From Alphaproteobacteria bacterium (GTDB taxonomy: Bacteria > Pseudomonadota > Alphaproteobacteria > Bin95), in assembly GCA_965200785.1 (NCBI GenBank), contig CBDAVA010000003.1, positions 1,978,241-2,042,240 on the forward strand: DNA of 64,000 nt. The letters run 5' to 3'. The notes under the pieces were generated by a model, which made no database searches, had not been told where the DNA came from, and saw only the letters and a program-made list of their open reading frames with translations. The translations under genes were made by a program, and so were the position numbers. The stretch's first letter is position 1; each line of letters opens with the position of its first letter. Positions 1-11,300 of this stretch are shown here, piece after piece.

Positions 1-81
1 GCGGCGCTTCATCTGGAGGACAGCGCGGATGGCGGCGCCCGCGTCCGGATCGTCTTCCCCCGCAGTGAAACCGCTGCCTAA
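1..81 (+). CDS. ntrY: 3' end of the upstream sensor histidine kinase (NtrY-like), partial
   Basis: The frame-1 translation AALHLEDSADGGARVRIVFPRSETAA* looks like a histidine-kinase C-terminus. It sits immediately upstream of ntrX, the usual ntrY-ntrX order. Confidence 0.45.
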   Translation, partial: AALHLEDSADGGARVRIVFPRSETAA

Positions 82-100
82 CCGGCACAGGCCCGACCCC

Positions 101-1486
101 ATGGCGCATGACATCCTTATTGTTGATGACGAGCAAGACATCCGGCAGTTGATTTCCGGCGTGCTGGAGGATGAGGGCTACGTGGCGCGCTGCGCGAGCG
201 ACAGCGACAGAGCGCTGCAGGAATTGCGCAACCGCCAGCCGAGCGTGCTGCTGCTGGATGTGTGGCTGGAAGGCAGCCGCCTGAACGGCATGGACCTGCT
301 GCACAGGGTTCGGGAGCGATATACCGACCTGCCGGTGCTGATGATCAGCGGCCATGGCAGCATCGAAACCGCGGTCGCCGCGATCCGTGAGGGCGCTTAC
401 GACTTCGTCGAGAAACCGTTTACGACGGACCGGCTGCTTCTGGCGATCTCGCGCGCGATAGAGGCATTCCGTTTGCGCCGGGAAAATGCCGAACTGCGCA
501 TGCGGGCCGGCACGGAAACGGAACTGATCGGCCAGTCGCCTGAAGCCGTGCAGACGCGCAACCTAATAGAACGCGTTGCGCCAACCGGCAGCCGCGTTCT
601 CATCCAGGGGCCGCCGGGAAGCGGCAAGGAGGTGGCGGCGCGGATGATCCATTATCGTTCGCGACGCAGCGACGGCCCCTTTGTCGTGGTCAATTGCGCG
701 ATCATGATCCCGGGCCGGCTTGAGGAAGAGCTGTTCGGTAGCGAGGAGGGCGCCGGCAAGACCGGGCTTCTGGAGCGCGCCCACGGCGGCACGCTGCTGC
801 TCGACGAGATCGCGGACATGCCGGTGGAGACCCAGGGCAAGATCGTCCGCGTTTTGCAGGAGCAAACATTCGTCCGTGTCGGCGGATCGCAGAAAGTCAG
901 CGTCGATGTGCGTGTGATCGCAACGTCCAACCGCAACCTTGCGACGGAAGTGGCCGAAGGCAGGCTGCGGCAGGACCTGTTTTATCGCCTCAACGTGGTG
1001 CCTCTGGAAATCGCTCCATTGCATCGGCGCCGGGACGACATTCCCCTCCTCACCAACTATTTCATGGATCTGTACGCCAAGCAGAACGGCGCAAAGCCCT
1101 CTGTCGTCGCCGAAGATGCGATGGCGGCGCTTCAGGCCTATGACTGGCCGGGAAATGTCCGTGAGTTGCGCAATATCGTCGAACGGCTGTCGATTCTCGC
1201 GCCCTGCGAAGGACGCACCACCCTGCGCGCCGATGCGCTGCCGCCGGAGCTCCGGCGGGAGGCGCCTGCCGTCGCCCAGTTCGACAAGGGGGATGCGATG
1301 ATGTCCCTGCCGTTGCGGGAGGCGCGCGAGGTATTCGAGCGGGAATATCTGGTCGCGCAGATGCGCCGTTTCGGCAACAACATATCCCGCACAGCGCAGT
1401 TCATCGGCATGGACCGGTCCACTCTGCATCGCAAGCTCCGGGCGGCGAACCCGTCGTCGGGAGGCGAGCGAGCGCCGACGATGTGA
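101..1486 (+). CDS. ntrX: sigma-54-dependent response regulator NtrX
   Basis: It has a receiver domain (ILIVDDEQDIR...D), an AAA+ sigma-54 interaction domain (GPPGSGKE, GAFTGA-like ESELFGH region) and a C-terminal HTH. The ATG at 101 matches the NtrX N-terminus MAHDILIVDD, and it lies upstream of trkA-hfq-hflX as is conserved in alphaproteobacteria. Confidence 0.85.
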   Translation: MAHDILIVDDEQDIRQLISGVLEDEGYVARCASDSDRALQELRNRQPSVLLLDVWLEGSRLNGMDLLHRVRERYTDLPVLMISGHGSIETAVAAIREGAYDFVEKPFTTDRLLLAISRAIEAFRLRRENAELRMRAGTETELIGQSPEAVQTRNLIERVAPTGSRVLIQGPPGSGKEVAARMIHYRSRRSDGPFVVVNCAIMIPGRLEEELFGSEEGAGKTGLLERAHGGTLLLDEIADMPVETQGKIVRVLQEQTFVRVGGSQKVSVDVRVIATSNRNLATEVAEGRLRQDLFYRLNVVPLEIAPLHRRRDDIPLLTNYFMDLYAKQNGAKPSVVAEDAMAALQAYDWPGNVRELRNIVERLSILAPCEGRTTLRADALPPELRREAPAVAQFDKGDAMMSLPLREAREVFEREYLVAQMRRFGNNISRTAQFIGMDRSTLHRKLRAANPSSGGERAPTM

Positions 1487-1496
1487 TGCAGCGGCC

Positions 1497-2873
1497 GTGC
1501 GTGTGATCGTCTGCGGTGCCGGCCAGGTCGGCGTGAGCATCGCCCGCTATCTGGCGGCCGAGAACAATGATGTCACGGTGGTCGATCAATCTTCGGAACT
1601 GATTGAGCATCTGGCCGAGACACTGGATATCCGCGCGGTCGCCGGTCACGCCTCCAGCCCTGACGTTCTTGACCGGGCCAGGGCTGGAGACACCGACATG
1701 CTGATTGCGGTGACGCTTGTTGACGAAGTCAACATGCTGGCGTGTCAGGTTGCACACTCGCTGTTCAACATACCCACCAAGATCGCCCGCATCCGGCGCC
1801 CCGCCTATCTTGACGAGCGCTGGGCCGGCCTGTTCGCCCGCGAGGGAATGCCGGTCGACACGATCATCTCTCCCGAACGCGAAGTCGCGCGGTCGATCAT
1901 GCGCAGGCTGACCCGGCCGGGCGCTATTGAAATGCTGCCATTCGCAGACGGGCGCGTCCGCCTGCTGGGCGTCCGGCTCGACGATTCATGCCCTATCGTC
2001 AACACGCCGCTGCGCCAGTTGACGGCGCTCTTTCCGGACCTGAACATCAATGTCGTCGCCATTGTCCGGGGCGACCGCAAATTCGTCCCCAAGGCGCGGG
2101 ACCAGATGCTGGTCGGCGACGAGGTCTATTTCGTCGTGGACAATGCCCATGTGACGCGGGCCATGGCCGCCTTCGGCCATGAGGAGGAAGAAGTCCAGCG
2201 CCTCGTCATCATTGGCGGCGGGAATATCGGGCACGGGCTTGCCAGCCTGATAGAAGCGGAGCTGCCGCATGTGCGTCTGCGCCTGATCGAGCACAACCGG
2301 GGGAAGGCGGCGGAACTGACCGACACCTTGCGGCGCACTACCGTGTTGCAAGGTGACGCACTCGACGAAGAGCTGCTGGAGGAAGCCGATTTCGGAAGCG
2401 CTGACATCACCATCGCGCTGACCAATGACGACGAAACCAACATTCTGGCGTCGCTGCTGGCCAAGCGGCACGGTTCCTCGCGCACGATCTCGCTCATCAA
2501 CAAGTCCGCCTACAGCGCACTGGTCAGCCCGCTCGACATAGACGTGGTCGTCAACCCCAGGGCGATCACCGTTTCTCAGATATTGCGGCATGTGCGCCGC
2601 GGCCGGGTTCTGGCGGCGTTCTCCATCGGCGACGATTTCGGCGAGGCCCTCGAAGTGGAAATCCTTGAAACGTCGATGGTGGCGGGCAAGGATCTGCGGG
2701 TGCTCAAGATGCCCGCAGGGTCCATTGTGGGGGCCATTCTGCGCGGTGACCAGGTTGTCATCCCGCGCGGGCGCACGGTTGTCCGCACCGGAGACCGTGT
2801 GGTGTTGTTCGCTGTGGCAAGCGCCCTGAAGCGCATCGAACAGATGTTCGCTGTGCGCCTTGAGTTCTTCTAG
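1497..2873 (+). CDS. trkA: Trk potassium uptake protein TrkA (two tandem NAD-binding RCK domains)
   Basis: GTG start. The GxGxxG motifs (VCGAGQVG, IIGGGNIG) define two RCK_N/RCK_C repeats, and the length is 458 aa. Confidence 0.85.
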   Translation: MRVIVCGAGQVGVSIARYLAAENNDVTVVDQSSELIEHLAETLDIRAVAGHASSPDVLDRARAGDTDMLIAVTLVDEVNMLACQVAHSLFNIPTKIARIRRPAYLDERWAGLFAREGMPVDTIISPEREVARSIMRRLTRPGAIEMLPFADGRVRLLGVRLDDSCPIVNTPLRQLTALFPDLNINVVAIVRGDRKFVPKARDQMLVGDEVYFVVDNAHVTRAMAAFGHEEEEVQRLVIIGGGNIGHGLASLIEAELPHVRLRLIEHNRGKAAELTDTLRRTTVLQGDALDEELLEEADFGSADITIALTNDDETNILASLLAKRHGSSRTISLINKSAYSALVSPLDIDVVVNPRAITVSQILRHVRRGRVLAAFSIGDDFGEALEVEILETSMVAGKDLRVLKMPAGSIVGAILRGDQVVIPRGRTVVRTGDRVVLFAVASALKRIEQMFAVRLEFF

Positions 2874-2893
2874 CAACGGAAGGGGAAGTTGGA

Positions 2894-3757
2894 TTGGCGA
2901 GAATTGCATATGTGAACGGCCGCTATGTGCCCCATCGAGAGGCTGCGGTGCATGTGGAGGATCGCGGTTACCAGTTCGCCGACGGCGTCTATGAGGTGAT
3001 TGCAGTCCGGAACGGCCAGTTCGTCGATGCCGGTCCGCATCTCGACCGGCTCGACCGCTCTCTCGGAGAGTTGCGGATAGCACCGCCGATGGACCGCGGC
3101 GCCCTGCTATTCGTGTTGCAGGAAGTAAGGCGCCGCAACCGCGTCCGCGACGGGATCGTGTATCTCCAGGCGACGCGCGGCGTTGCGCGCCGGGACCATC
3201 CGTTTCCGGCCGTTTCCGAAACGGCGCTGGTGATAACCGCGAGCCGCAAGGCGCCGCCCGATCCCGGGATTCTCGAAACCGGCGTCGATGCTGTTTCGGT
3301 GCCGGACAACCGCTGGGCGCGATGCGACATAAAGTCGGTTTCCCTGCTGCCGAACATCCTCGCAAAGCAGACAGCGCGCGAGGCAGGCGCCTATGAGGCC
3401 CTGTTCGTTGATGAGCAGGGCTTTGTCACCGAAGGCAGCTCGACCAATTTCTGGATCGTGACCGGCGAAGGCGAACTCCTCACCCGCGAACTCGACCACG
3501 GCATCCTGGCAGGCGTTACGCGAGGCACGGTCGTGCGCTTGGCCGCACGGCTTGGCCTCGTTTTCGCCGAACGGCGTTTCACGATCGAAGAAGCCCGCCG
3601 CGCCCGCGAGGCCTTTGTGACCAGCGCCACATCCTATGTCACGCCGGTGGTGCGGATCGACGACGCTGTCATCGGGAACGGCAAACCCGGTTCGACTGCC
3701 CATGCATTGTTCGAAGCCTATGCGAGCTATATGGAGCGGGGAGAGGCCGCTGCATGA
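2894..3757 (+). CDS. dat: class IV aminotransferase (D-amino-acid / branched-chain aminotransferase fold)
   Basis: The N-terminus YVNGRYVPHREAAVHVEDRGYQFADGVYEVI is typical of the PLP fold-type IV family, and the protein is 287 aa. Confidence 0.75.
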   Translation: MARIAYVNGRYVPHREAAVHVEDRGYQFADGVYEVIAVRNGQFVDAGPHLDRLDRSLGELRIAPPMDRGALLFVLQEVRRRNRVRDGIVYLQATRGVARRDHPFPAVSETALVITASRKAPPDPGILETGVDAVSVPDNRWARCDIKSVSLLPNILAKQTAREAGAYEALFVDEQGFVTEGSSTNFWIVTGEGELLTRELDHGILAGVTRGTVVRLAARLGLVFAERRFTIEEARRAREAFVTSATSYVTPVVRIDDAVIGNGKPGSTAHALFEAYASYMERGEAAA

Positions 3758-4386
3758 CGCGCCCTGTCGTCCTCTTCGATTGGGACGGGACGCTTGTTGA
3801 TAACTGGCCGGTCATCCATGAGGCGCTTGACGCCACACGCGCGGCGCACGGCCTGCCTCGCTGGACCTTTGCCGAGACCATGCAGCATGTGTCCCGCTCG
3901 GGGCGGGACAGCTTTCCGCGGTTGTTCGGCACAAGCTGGCAAGCGGCGAGCGACATGTTCTACGCCGAGTTCGAGACTCGGCATCTGGGCGCGCTGACAC
4001 TCATGCCGGGTGCCGAGACATGCCTCCGCCGCCTTGAAACGGCAGGATTTCGTGTCGCCGTCGTGTCCAACAAGGCCGGCCGCCATTTGCGGCGGGAAGC
4101 CGACCATCTCGGTTGGAGCGGCCGGTTCGAGGCTCTGATCGGCGCAGGCGATGCCCGCCGCGACAAGCCGGATGCAGCGCCCGTCAGCATGGCTCTGGGC
4201 GGGCGGCCCGGACTGTGGCTGGTGGGAGATTCCGATACGGACATTCGCACCGCCCGTAACGCAGGCTTGCGCTCGGCGGTCGTGCCGCACCCAGCCGGGG
4301 CCGCCTTGAACCTGCGCCCGGACGTGCGCTGCGACAGTCTGGCTGCGGTCCCGGACCTTGTCGCCTTCTCTCACCGCATCATTTAG
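3754..4386 (+). CDS. HAD-superfamily hydrolase (phosphoglycolate phosphatase-like)
   Basis: It carries the DWDGTL motif-I aspartate nucleophile and motif-III/IV GDSDTD. The start overlaps the dat stop. Confidence 0.7.
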   Translation: MTRPVVLFDWDGTLVDNWPVIHEALDATRAAHGLPRWTFAETMQHVSRSGRDSFPRLFGTSWQAASDMFYAEFETRHLGALTLMPGAETCLRRLETAGFRVAVVSNKAGRHLRREADHLGWSGRFEALIGAGDARRDKPDAAPVSMALGGRPGLWLVGDSDTDIRTARNAGLRSAVVPHPAGAALNLRPDVRCDSLAAVPDLVAFSHRII

Positions 4387-4446
4387 AAGAGGCGCTTGGC
4401 ATACCCGTCTGCGGCCGGGCAGCCTTACCCATCCGAACCGCGGTCA

Positions 4447-4698
4447 ATGTCGATGCCGTCACCCCAGAAAAGAAATCTTCAGGACGTCTTCCTCAATCAC
4501 ATCCGAAAGGCGAAGGCGCCGGTCACGGTGTTTCTCGTCAACGGCGTCAAGCTGCAGGGCATGGTGATTGCGTTCGACAATTTCTCGATCCTGCTGCGGC
4601 GCGACGGCCATTCGCAGCTGATCTACAAGCACGCTATCTCGACAATAATGCCCTCGGGGCCGATCCATCTCCACGAACAGGAAGACAGCACGGCGTGA
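4447..4698 (+). CDS. hfq: RNA chaperone Hfq
   Basis: The Sm fold is clear: [52 protein letters not shown]. The ATG at 4447 (MSMPSPQK) is the most plausible start; the track ORF from 4396 is probably an N-terminal over-extension. Confidence 0.85.
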   Translation: MSMPSPQKRNLQDVFLNHIRKAKAPVTVFLVNGVKLQGMVIAFDNFSILLRRDGHSQLIYKHAISTIMPSGPIHLHEQEDSTA

Positions 4699-5963
4699 GC
4701 GAAACCGCGCTGGTCGTCCATCCGATTGTTCGCAAGGACGCCCTGAGAGAACCGGAAGCGCGCCTCGCGGAAGCCGTCCGGCTGACCGAGTCGATCGGTG
4801 TGGAGGTGCCGGCGGCGCGCATTGTGCGCATTACCCGGCCGCGGCCTGCGACCCTGCTCGGCAATGGGGCAATCGAGGAAATCAAGGAGGCGGCGCTCGA
4901 GGAGGACGCAGGCGTCATTGTCGTGGACGGCGCATTGACGCCGGTTCAGCAGCGCAATCTGGAACGGGCATGGGATGCCAAGGTCATTGATCGGACGGGC
5001 CTCATCCTGGAGATCTTCGGCGCCAGGGCGCGGACGCGGGAAGGCGTGTTGCAGGTGGACCTGGCCGCGCTCAGCTATCAACGCACCCGGCTGGTCCGGT
5101 CCTGGACGCATCTCGAGCGCCAGCGCGGCGGCGCCGGTTTCCTGGGAGGGCCGGGCGAGGCGCAAATCGAGATCGATCGGCGGCTGATCGACGAGAAGAT
5201 CGTTAAGCTGAAACGCCAGTTGGAGGATGTCCGCCGTACCAGAGGCATCCAGCGCCGGGCCCGGCGGCGTGTGCCTTTTCCCGTCGTGGCCCTGGTCGGA
5301 TATACCAATGCCGGCAAATCCACATTGTTCAACCGGCTGACCGGCGGCGGCGTTCTGGCGCAAGACCGTCTATTCGCAACCCTGGACCCAACCATGCGCG
5401 GGCTCGACCTGCCGTCCGGCCGGCGCGCAATCCTGTCCGATACGGTCGGCTTCATATCGGACCTGCCGACACAGCTTGTCGCCGCCTTCCGGGCCACCCT
5501 GGAGGAGGTTATTGAGTCGGACCTGATCCTGCATGTCCGCGACATGGCGGACCGCGACACCGTGGCGCAGAAAGGTGATGTGGAGATCGTGCTGAACGAT
5601 CTGGATACGCATCTGACGCCCCGGCTCGAGGTTTGGAACAAGATCGACCTGCTTGATTCGCCGCCGGCCGGAGATGGCGGCATTCGAGTGTCGGCGGTAA
5701 CGGGGCAGGGCGTTGAAGACTTGCTGGCCGCAGTCGATGCCGTGCTCTCCCGCTCGCACCGGGTTTGCGAGTTCGCCCTGTCACCGGGCGACGGCGCGGC
5801 AATTGCCTGGCTTTACCGGCATGGCGAGGTGCAGCGGCGCCAAGACGGCGACAACCGGGTTACGCTGACAGTTGCGCTGGACCCGGCTGACCGCGCGCGC
5901 TTTGAGCGGCAATTTCAGCCGGAGCGCAACAACCGGACCCCCGCGTCGCGCTCGAAGAGGTAG
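4695..5963 (+). CDS. hflX: GTPase HflX
   Basis: It has the HflX N-terminal domain plus a G-domain ([18 protein letters not shown]). It overlaps the hfq stop, and hfq-hflX synteny is conserved. Confidence 0.85.
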   Translation: MSETALVVHPIVRKDALREPEARLAEAVRLTESIGVEVPAARIVRITRPRPATLLGNGAIEEIKEAALEEDAGVIVVDGALTPVQQRNLERAWDAKVIDRTGLILEIFGARARTREGVLQVDLAALSYQRTRLVRSWTHLERQRGGAGFLGGPGEAQIEIDRRLIDEKIVKLKRQLEDVRRTRGIQRRARRRVPFPVVALVGYTNAGKSTLFNRLTGGGVLAQDRLFATLDPTMRGLDLPSGRRAILSDTVGFISDLPTQLVAAFRATLEEVIESDLILHVRDMADRDTVAQKGDVEIVLNDLDTHLTPRLEVWNKIDLLDSPPAGDGGIRVSAVTGQGVEDLLAAVDAVLSRSHRVCEFALSPGDGAAIAWLYRHGEVQRRQDGDNRVTLTVALDPADRARFERQFQPERNNRTPASRSKR

Positions 5964-8125
5964 AGGAGTGTGCGCAGGGCCTCGCTGCGCGGGCCCGAAA
6001 GTGTCGGGTCCTGATCTACGATCAACCGCGCCTCGTCGCGGGCCATGCGCAGCATGTCGCCATGGTCGCCGAGATCGGCGACACGGAAGGAAGGCAGTCC
6101 GCTCTGCCTCGTTCCCAACAGTTCTCCGGAACCGCGTAGTTCGAGATCGGCCTCCGCGATGCGGAATCCGTCGTCGCACTCCCGCAGCAGACGCAGGCGC
6201 TTCTCTGCTGTCTGCCCGAGCGGTTCGCCGTAAAGCAGTAGGCAGGAGCCTGTCTGCCCGCCGCGGCCGATGCGTCCGCGAAGCTGGTGCAGTTGTGCAA
6301 GGCCGAAACGCTCGGCCTGCTCGATCACCATGATGTCCGCTGCAGGCACATCGACGCCGACTTCGATCACCGTTGTCGCGACCAGGAGGCCGGCCGCGCC
6401 GTCCGCAAATAGCTTCATGGCGTGCGCCTTGCGGTCTGCAGCCATTCGGCCGTGAATGAGCGCGGCCCGGTCGCCGAATACCGGCGCGAGGGCGGCAAAC
6501 CGGGCCTCCGCCGCCGCCGCGTCGGTCCTGTCGCTTTCCTCCACCAGTGGACAAACCCAGTAAGCGCGGCGCCCGGTCGCCAGCGCTGCGCCGATGCGCT
6601 CGACCACGCGGTCGATCTGGCCCATGCGGAGCACGCGCGTCTCGACCGGCTTGCGGCCGGGCGGCTTCTCGTCGAGGCGGGAGGTGTCGAGGTCGCCATA
6701 CGCCGTCATCAGCAGGGTCCGCGGGATCGGCGTCGCCGTCATGGCGAGCGTATGCGCATCGCGGCTCTTGTTGGTCAATGCGAAGCGTTGTTCGACGCCG
6801 AAGCGATGCTGCTCGTCGATAACGGCAAGGCGCAGATCGGCGAAGGTTACGGCGTCCTGAAACAGGGCATGGGTTCCGACTACAACCGGCAGCGAGCCGG
6901 AAGCCAGCGCCGTCAGCACGCTGCGGCGCGCGCCTGCACGGCCCCGGCCCGTCAACAGGGCCACGTCGATGCCGGCAGGCGCCAGCAAGGCCGACAGGGT
7001 TTCAAGATGCTGTTGCGCCAGAATTTCCGTCGGCGCCATGATGGCCGCCTGGCCGCCGGCGTCATGCACGGCGGCAGCAGCCAGCGCGGCAACCGCCGTC
7101 TTGCCGCTGCCGACATCTCCCTGAAGCAGCCGCATCATGCGCTTGCCGGACGACAGGTCGCCGCCGATCTCGGAGAGCGCCCGGCGCTGCGCCCTGGTCA
7201 ACTCGAAGGGCAGGCCGGCCTCAACGGCGCTGAACGCCGCCCCGCCAAAAACGAGCGGGCGCGCGGCGCTGCGGCGCTGATGGCGGCGCACCAGCGCCAT
7301 TGCCACCTGGCCCGCCAGCAATTCGTCATAGGCCAGGCGGCGGCGCGCGGGGCAGGAGGCCAGGACGCCGCCGGCATCCTCCGGCCGGTGCGCGCAAAGC
7401 AACGCCTCGCGCCAGCCGGGCCAGGCCTCGCGGGCCAGCACGGACGGCGATTGCCACTCTGGAAGGTCGGGCGCCGCCTCAAGCGCTGCATCGACGGCGC
7501 GGCGGTAGGCCTTGGCGCTCAAGCCTTGCGTCGATGGATAGACAGCGTCCATCGCCCTGGCGGGGGTCCACCGCTCGGGCCGCTCGATCACATCCGGATG
7601 CGTGATCTGCGGCGCCGCGCGATACCATTCCACAAGCCCGCTCACGACCCGTGTTTCGCCGACCGGCAGCACCGATGCCAGGTAATCGGGGCGGGCGTGG
7701 AAGAACACGAGGTCGATTGCGCCGGTGTCGTCCCGGCAACGCACCTTGTATGGCGCGCGCCTGCCGGCGCGGGGCGGATGGTGAGACTCGACGACTAGGG
7801 TGAAGGTGGCGACGCGGCCGTCCGGCGCCTCCGCGACGGGCGGGGCGAACCGCCGGTCCACAAGGCCGGTCGGCAGCCTCAGGCACAGGTCGATCTTGCG
7901 CGGCCCGGCGACCTTGCCGATCAGCGCGGCAAGGCGCGGCCCCACACCCTGGATCGTCGCGACCGGCTGGAACAGGGGAAACAGGACTTCAGGTCGCAAG
8001 GCTTCGTCCCGGTTGCTGACATACCCTGGCGGCCCATTTATACCACCCCGTCCGGCTGAGAGGATGACATCTCGATGGACGCGCTTGAATATCGGCGGAA
8101 ACGGCTGCGGTTCCGGGCTTGGCAC
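5915..8125 (-). CDS. recG: ATP-dependent DNA helicase RecG
   Basis: It has a wedge domain plus an SF2 helicase core (GDVGSGKT Walker A, DEQHRFG DEAH box, QLRGRIGRG motif VI). The exact start is uncertain because the ORF overlaps the divergent sdhE start; a non-ATG start downstream of 8125 is likely. Confidence 0.8.
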   Translation of the reverse strand: MPSPEPQPFPPIFKRVHRDVILSAGRGGINGPPGYVSNRDEALRPEVLFPLFQPVATIQGVGPRLAALIGKVAGPRKIDLCLRLPTGLVDRRFAPPVAEAPDGRVATFTLVVESHHPPRAGRRAPYKVRCRDDTGAIDLVFFHARPDYLASVLPVGETRVVSGLVEWYRAAPQITHPDVIERPERWTPARAMDAVYPSTQGLSAKAYRRAVDAALEAAPDLPEWQSPSVLAREAWPGWREALLCAHRPEDAGGVLASCPARRRLAYDELLAGQVAMALVRRHQRRSAARPLVFGGAAFSAVEAGLPFELTRAQRRALSEIGGDLSSGKRMMRLLQGDVGSGKTAVAALAAAAVHDAGGQAAIMAPTEILAQQHLETLSALLAPAGIDVALLTGRGRAGARRSVLTALASGSLPVVVGTHALFQDAVTFADLRLAVIDEQHRFGVEQRFALTNKSRDAHTLAMTATPIPRTLLMTAYGDLDTSRLDEKPPGRKPVETRVLRMGQIDRVVERIGAALATGRRAYWVCPLVEESDRTDAAAAEARFAALAPVFGDRAALIHGRMAADRKAHAMKLFADGAAGLLVATTVIEVGVDVPAADIMVIEQAERFGLAQLHQLRGRIGRGGQTGSCLLLYGEPLGQTAEKRLRLLRECDDGFRIAEADLELRGSGELLGTRQSGLPSFRVADLGDHGDMLRMARDEARLIVDQDPTLSGPRSEALRTLLYLFERDAGVRLLRSG

Positions 8126-8329
8126 CGGGGGACCAAAGAGGGAGACCTCCTTCTTGGCCGCTTTGCCGACGAGAATCTGGGCGGTTTTGACGAAGGCGAG
8201 CTTGCCCTTTTCGAGGCGCTTCTGGATCGCTCCGACCCGGAAGTCATGGATTGGATGACCGGTGCGGCCGCGCCGCCTGACGATCCGGTGATTGCGCGTC
8301 TGATCGCTTCCGTGCGGCGGGCCGGATGA
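8075..8329 (+). CDS. sdhE: succinate dehydrogenase flavinylation factor SdhE (DUF339)
   Basis: It is 84 aa with the RxxRAxHRGTKExDLLLGxFAD signature of the SdhE/YgfY family. This gene is typically found between recG and mfd in alphaproteobacteria. Confidence 0.75.
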   Translation: MDALEYRRKRLRFRAWHRGTKEGDLLLGRFADENLGGFDEGELALFEALLDRSDPEVMDWMTGAAAPPDDPVIARLIASVRRAG

Positions 8330-11300
8330 TCCCGCCGCTTCGCCATGCAGGGCAGTTCCTGGTCGGGGGGGCGCCGCCCGGCCACGATGCGTCGGTATTG
8401 GCGTCCCTGGCCGAGGGCGGCGGGCCGATCGTCCATATCTCCCGGGACGACGCGCATATGGCGCGCATGACGGATTGTCTGGCCTTCTTCGCGCCGCATC
8501 TGACGCTCATGCGCTTCCCGAGCTGGGATTGCCTGCCCTATGACCGCAGCTCGCCGCGCGGCGACCTGGTATCGGAGCGCCTCGCAACGCTGGCGGCGCT
8601 GGCGGACGGGGCGCGGCCCGATATCCTGCTGACCACCGCCAACGCCTTCCTGCAGCGTGTGCCGCCGCGCGCCGGCCTCGCGGGCGGGCGCTTTTCCGGC
8701 GAGGAGGGCGGCGCCCTTGATGTGGAGGCCTTGCTCGCCTTTCTGGAGCGCCACGGCTATGTGCGCGCCGACACGGTAATGGAGCCGGGGGAATATGCTG
8801 TCCGGGGCGGGCTGATCGACCTGTTTCCGGCCGGCGACAATGTTCCGTTGCGCATCGACCTGTTCGGCGACGAGATAGACGCAATCCGGCGCTTCGACCC
8901 TCTGGACCAGCGCAGTACCGAGCGGCTGGAGCGGTTCGACCTGGTGCCGGCCAGCGAAATCGTGCTGACGCAGGAGAGCATTGCGCGGTTCCGGGCCGGC
9001 TATCGTGCGGCCTTCGGCGCCGTGACGACTGACGACCCGCTCTATGAAGCCGTATCGGCGGGCCGGCGCGCCGCCGGTATCGAGCACTGGCTGCCGCTTT
9101 TCTATACCCGGCTGGAGACGCTCGGCGATTACCTTCCGGAAGCCGCAATCGTCGAGGACGAGCAGGCCAGGACGGCACGGGACGTTCGGCTGGAAGCGGT
9201 CTCCGACCATTATGCGGCGCGGCTTGAGCCGCCGCCGGGAGAACTGCCATATCGCCCGCTTCAGCCGGACAGCCTCTATCTCGATGCCGCGGAATGGGAG
9301 GCCTGCATTCAGGACCGCCCTGCGGCCATCCTGCTGCCGGGGGCAGCGCCGAACGGACCCGATGCCGGCGCCCGGCCCGCCATTGATTTTTCCGAAGCGC
9401 GGGCCCGCCCCGATATCGACCTCTACGGAGCCGTGGCCGACCGGCTCGCGGCCCATGCGGCTTCGGGGCGGCGGGTGCTGCTGGCCGCCTATAGCGAGGG
9501 GTCCCGCAACCGGCTTGCGGGGCTGCTGGGCGAGCAGGGCGTCGCGGCCCAGCCGGTCGAGACCGTGCGGGCGCTGGAAGGGCTGCCGCCCGACCGGCTG
9601 GCGACGGCGGTTCTTCCGCTCGACAGCGGTTTCGAGAGCGCCGGCCTGGCGGTCGTCACCGAGCAGGACATTCTGGGCGAGCGGCTCTCCAACCGGGCGC
9701 GCGGAAAGCGCCGGGCGCGGGACTTCCTGCAGGAGCTCTCCGAAATCGCCGAGGGCGATATCGTCGTCCATGTCGAACACGGCATAGGCCGCTATGAAGG
9801 GCTGGAGACGGTGACCGCAGCAGGCGCTCCGCATGATTGCCTGCGCATCGCCTATGCCGGCGACGGCAGGCTGTTCGTGCCGGTGGAGAATATCGAGACC
9901 CTGTCGCGCTTCGGCGCTTCCGACAGCCCGGTGGCGCTGGACCGGCTGGGCGGCGTCCAGTGGCAGGCCCGCAAGGCGCGCATGAAGCAGCGCATTCGCG
10001 AGCTTGCGCATGAGTTGATCCGCATTGCCGCGGAGCGCACCGTCCGGCCGGGCGAAACGCTGGAGGCGCCCGCCGGCCTCTATGACGAGTTCGCGGCCCG
10101 CTTCCCGTTCCCGGAGACCAACGACCAGCTCAGGGCCATCGAGGACGTGCTGCAGGACTTGTCCGAAGGCCGCCCGATGGACCGGCTGATATGCGGCGAT
10201 GTCGGCTTCGGCAAGACGGAAGTCGCGCTCCGGGCGGCGTTCGTCACGGCGATGAGCGGCTTGCAGGTGGCGGTGATCGCGCCGACGACGCTGCTTGTGC
10301 GCCAGCACTTCAAGACATTTGCCGAGCGCTTCCGGGGCTTGCCGGTGGAGATTGGCCAGCTTTCCCGCCTTGTCGCCGGGAAGGCGGCGCGCGATGTGAA
10401 GACACGCCTTGCCGACGGGCGGCTCGATATCGTCATCGGCACGCACGCCCTGCTGGCGAAGTCCATCCGCATGAAGCGGCTTGGGCTGTTGATCGTGGAT
10501 GAGGAGCAGCATTTCGGCGTGGCGCACAAGGAGCGGTTGAAGCAATACCGCAGCAATGTCCATGTGCTGACGCTCACCGCCACGCCCATTCCGCGCACCC
10601 TGCAATTGGCGCTTGCCGGCGTGCGCGAAATGAGCCTGATCGCGACGCCGCCGGTGGACCGCCTTGCGGTGCGCACGTTCGTCGGCCCGTTCGACGCCCT
10701 GACGGTCCGGGAGGCGGTCCGCCGGGAACTGCTGCGGGGCGGGCGCTGTTTTTATGTCTGCCCCCGGGTGCGCCACCTGCCGGAGGTCGCCGAGCGGCTG
10801 CGCGCCATGGTTCCGGACGCGCGCATCGGCATGGCGCATGGCGGCATGGCGGCGGCGGAGCTGGAGGAGGCGGTCGGCGCTTTTTATGACGGCCGGATCG
10901 ATGTGCTGGTCTCGACGAATATCGTCGAATCCGGCCTCGACATACCGGAGGCGAACACGCTGATCGTCCACCGCGCAGACCTGTTCGGCCTGGCGCAGCT
11001 TTATCAGTTGCGCGGCCGCATCGGCCGCGCCAAGCAGCGCGCCTATGCCTATCTGACCCTGCCGGAGCGCCGCAAGCTCACCAAGGCGGCGGAGAAGCGC
11101 CTGTCGGTCATGCAGACGCTGGACACGCTGGGCGCCGGATTCCAGCTTGCAAGCTACGATCTCGACATTCGCGGCGCCGGCAATCTGCTGGGCGACGAGC
11201 AGTCCGGCCATATCCGCGAGGTCGGGATCGAGCTGTATCAGACCATGCTGGAGGAGGCCGTCGCCGCGGCGCGCTCCGGGGTGGAGGAAGCGGAGGACGA

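Noticed and set aside
563-3365. Long minus-strand ORFs 563-1540 and 1986-3365
   Set aside because: They are antisense to ntrX, trkA and dat, with no domains and a GC-shadow composition.
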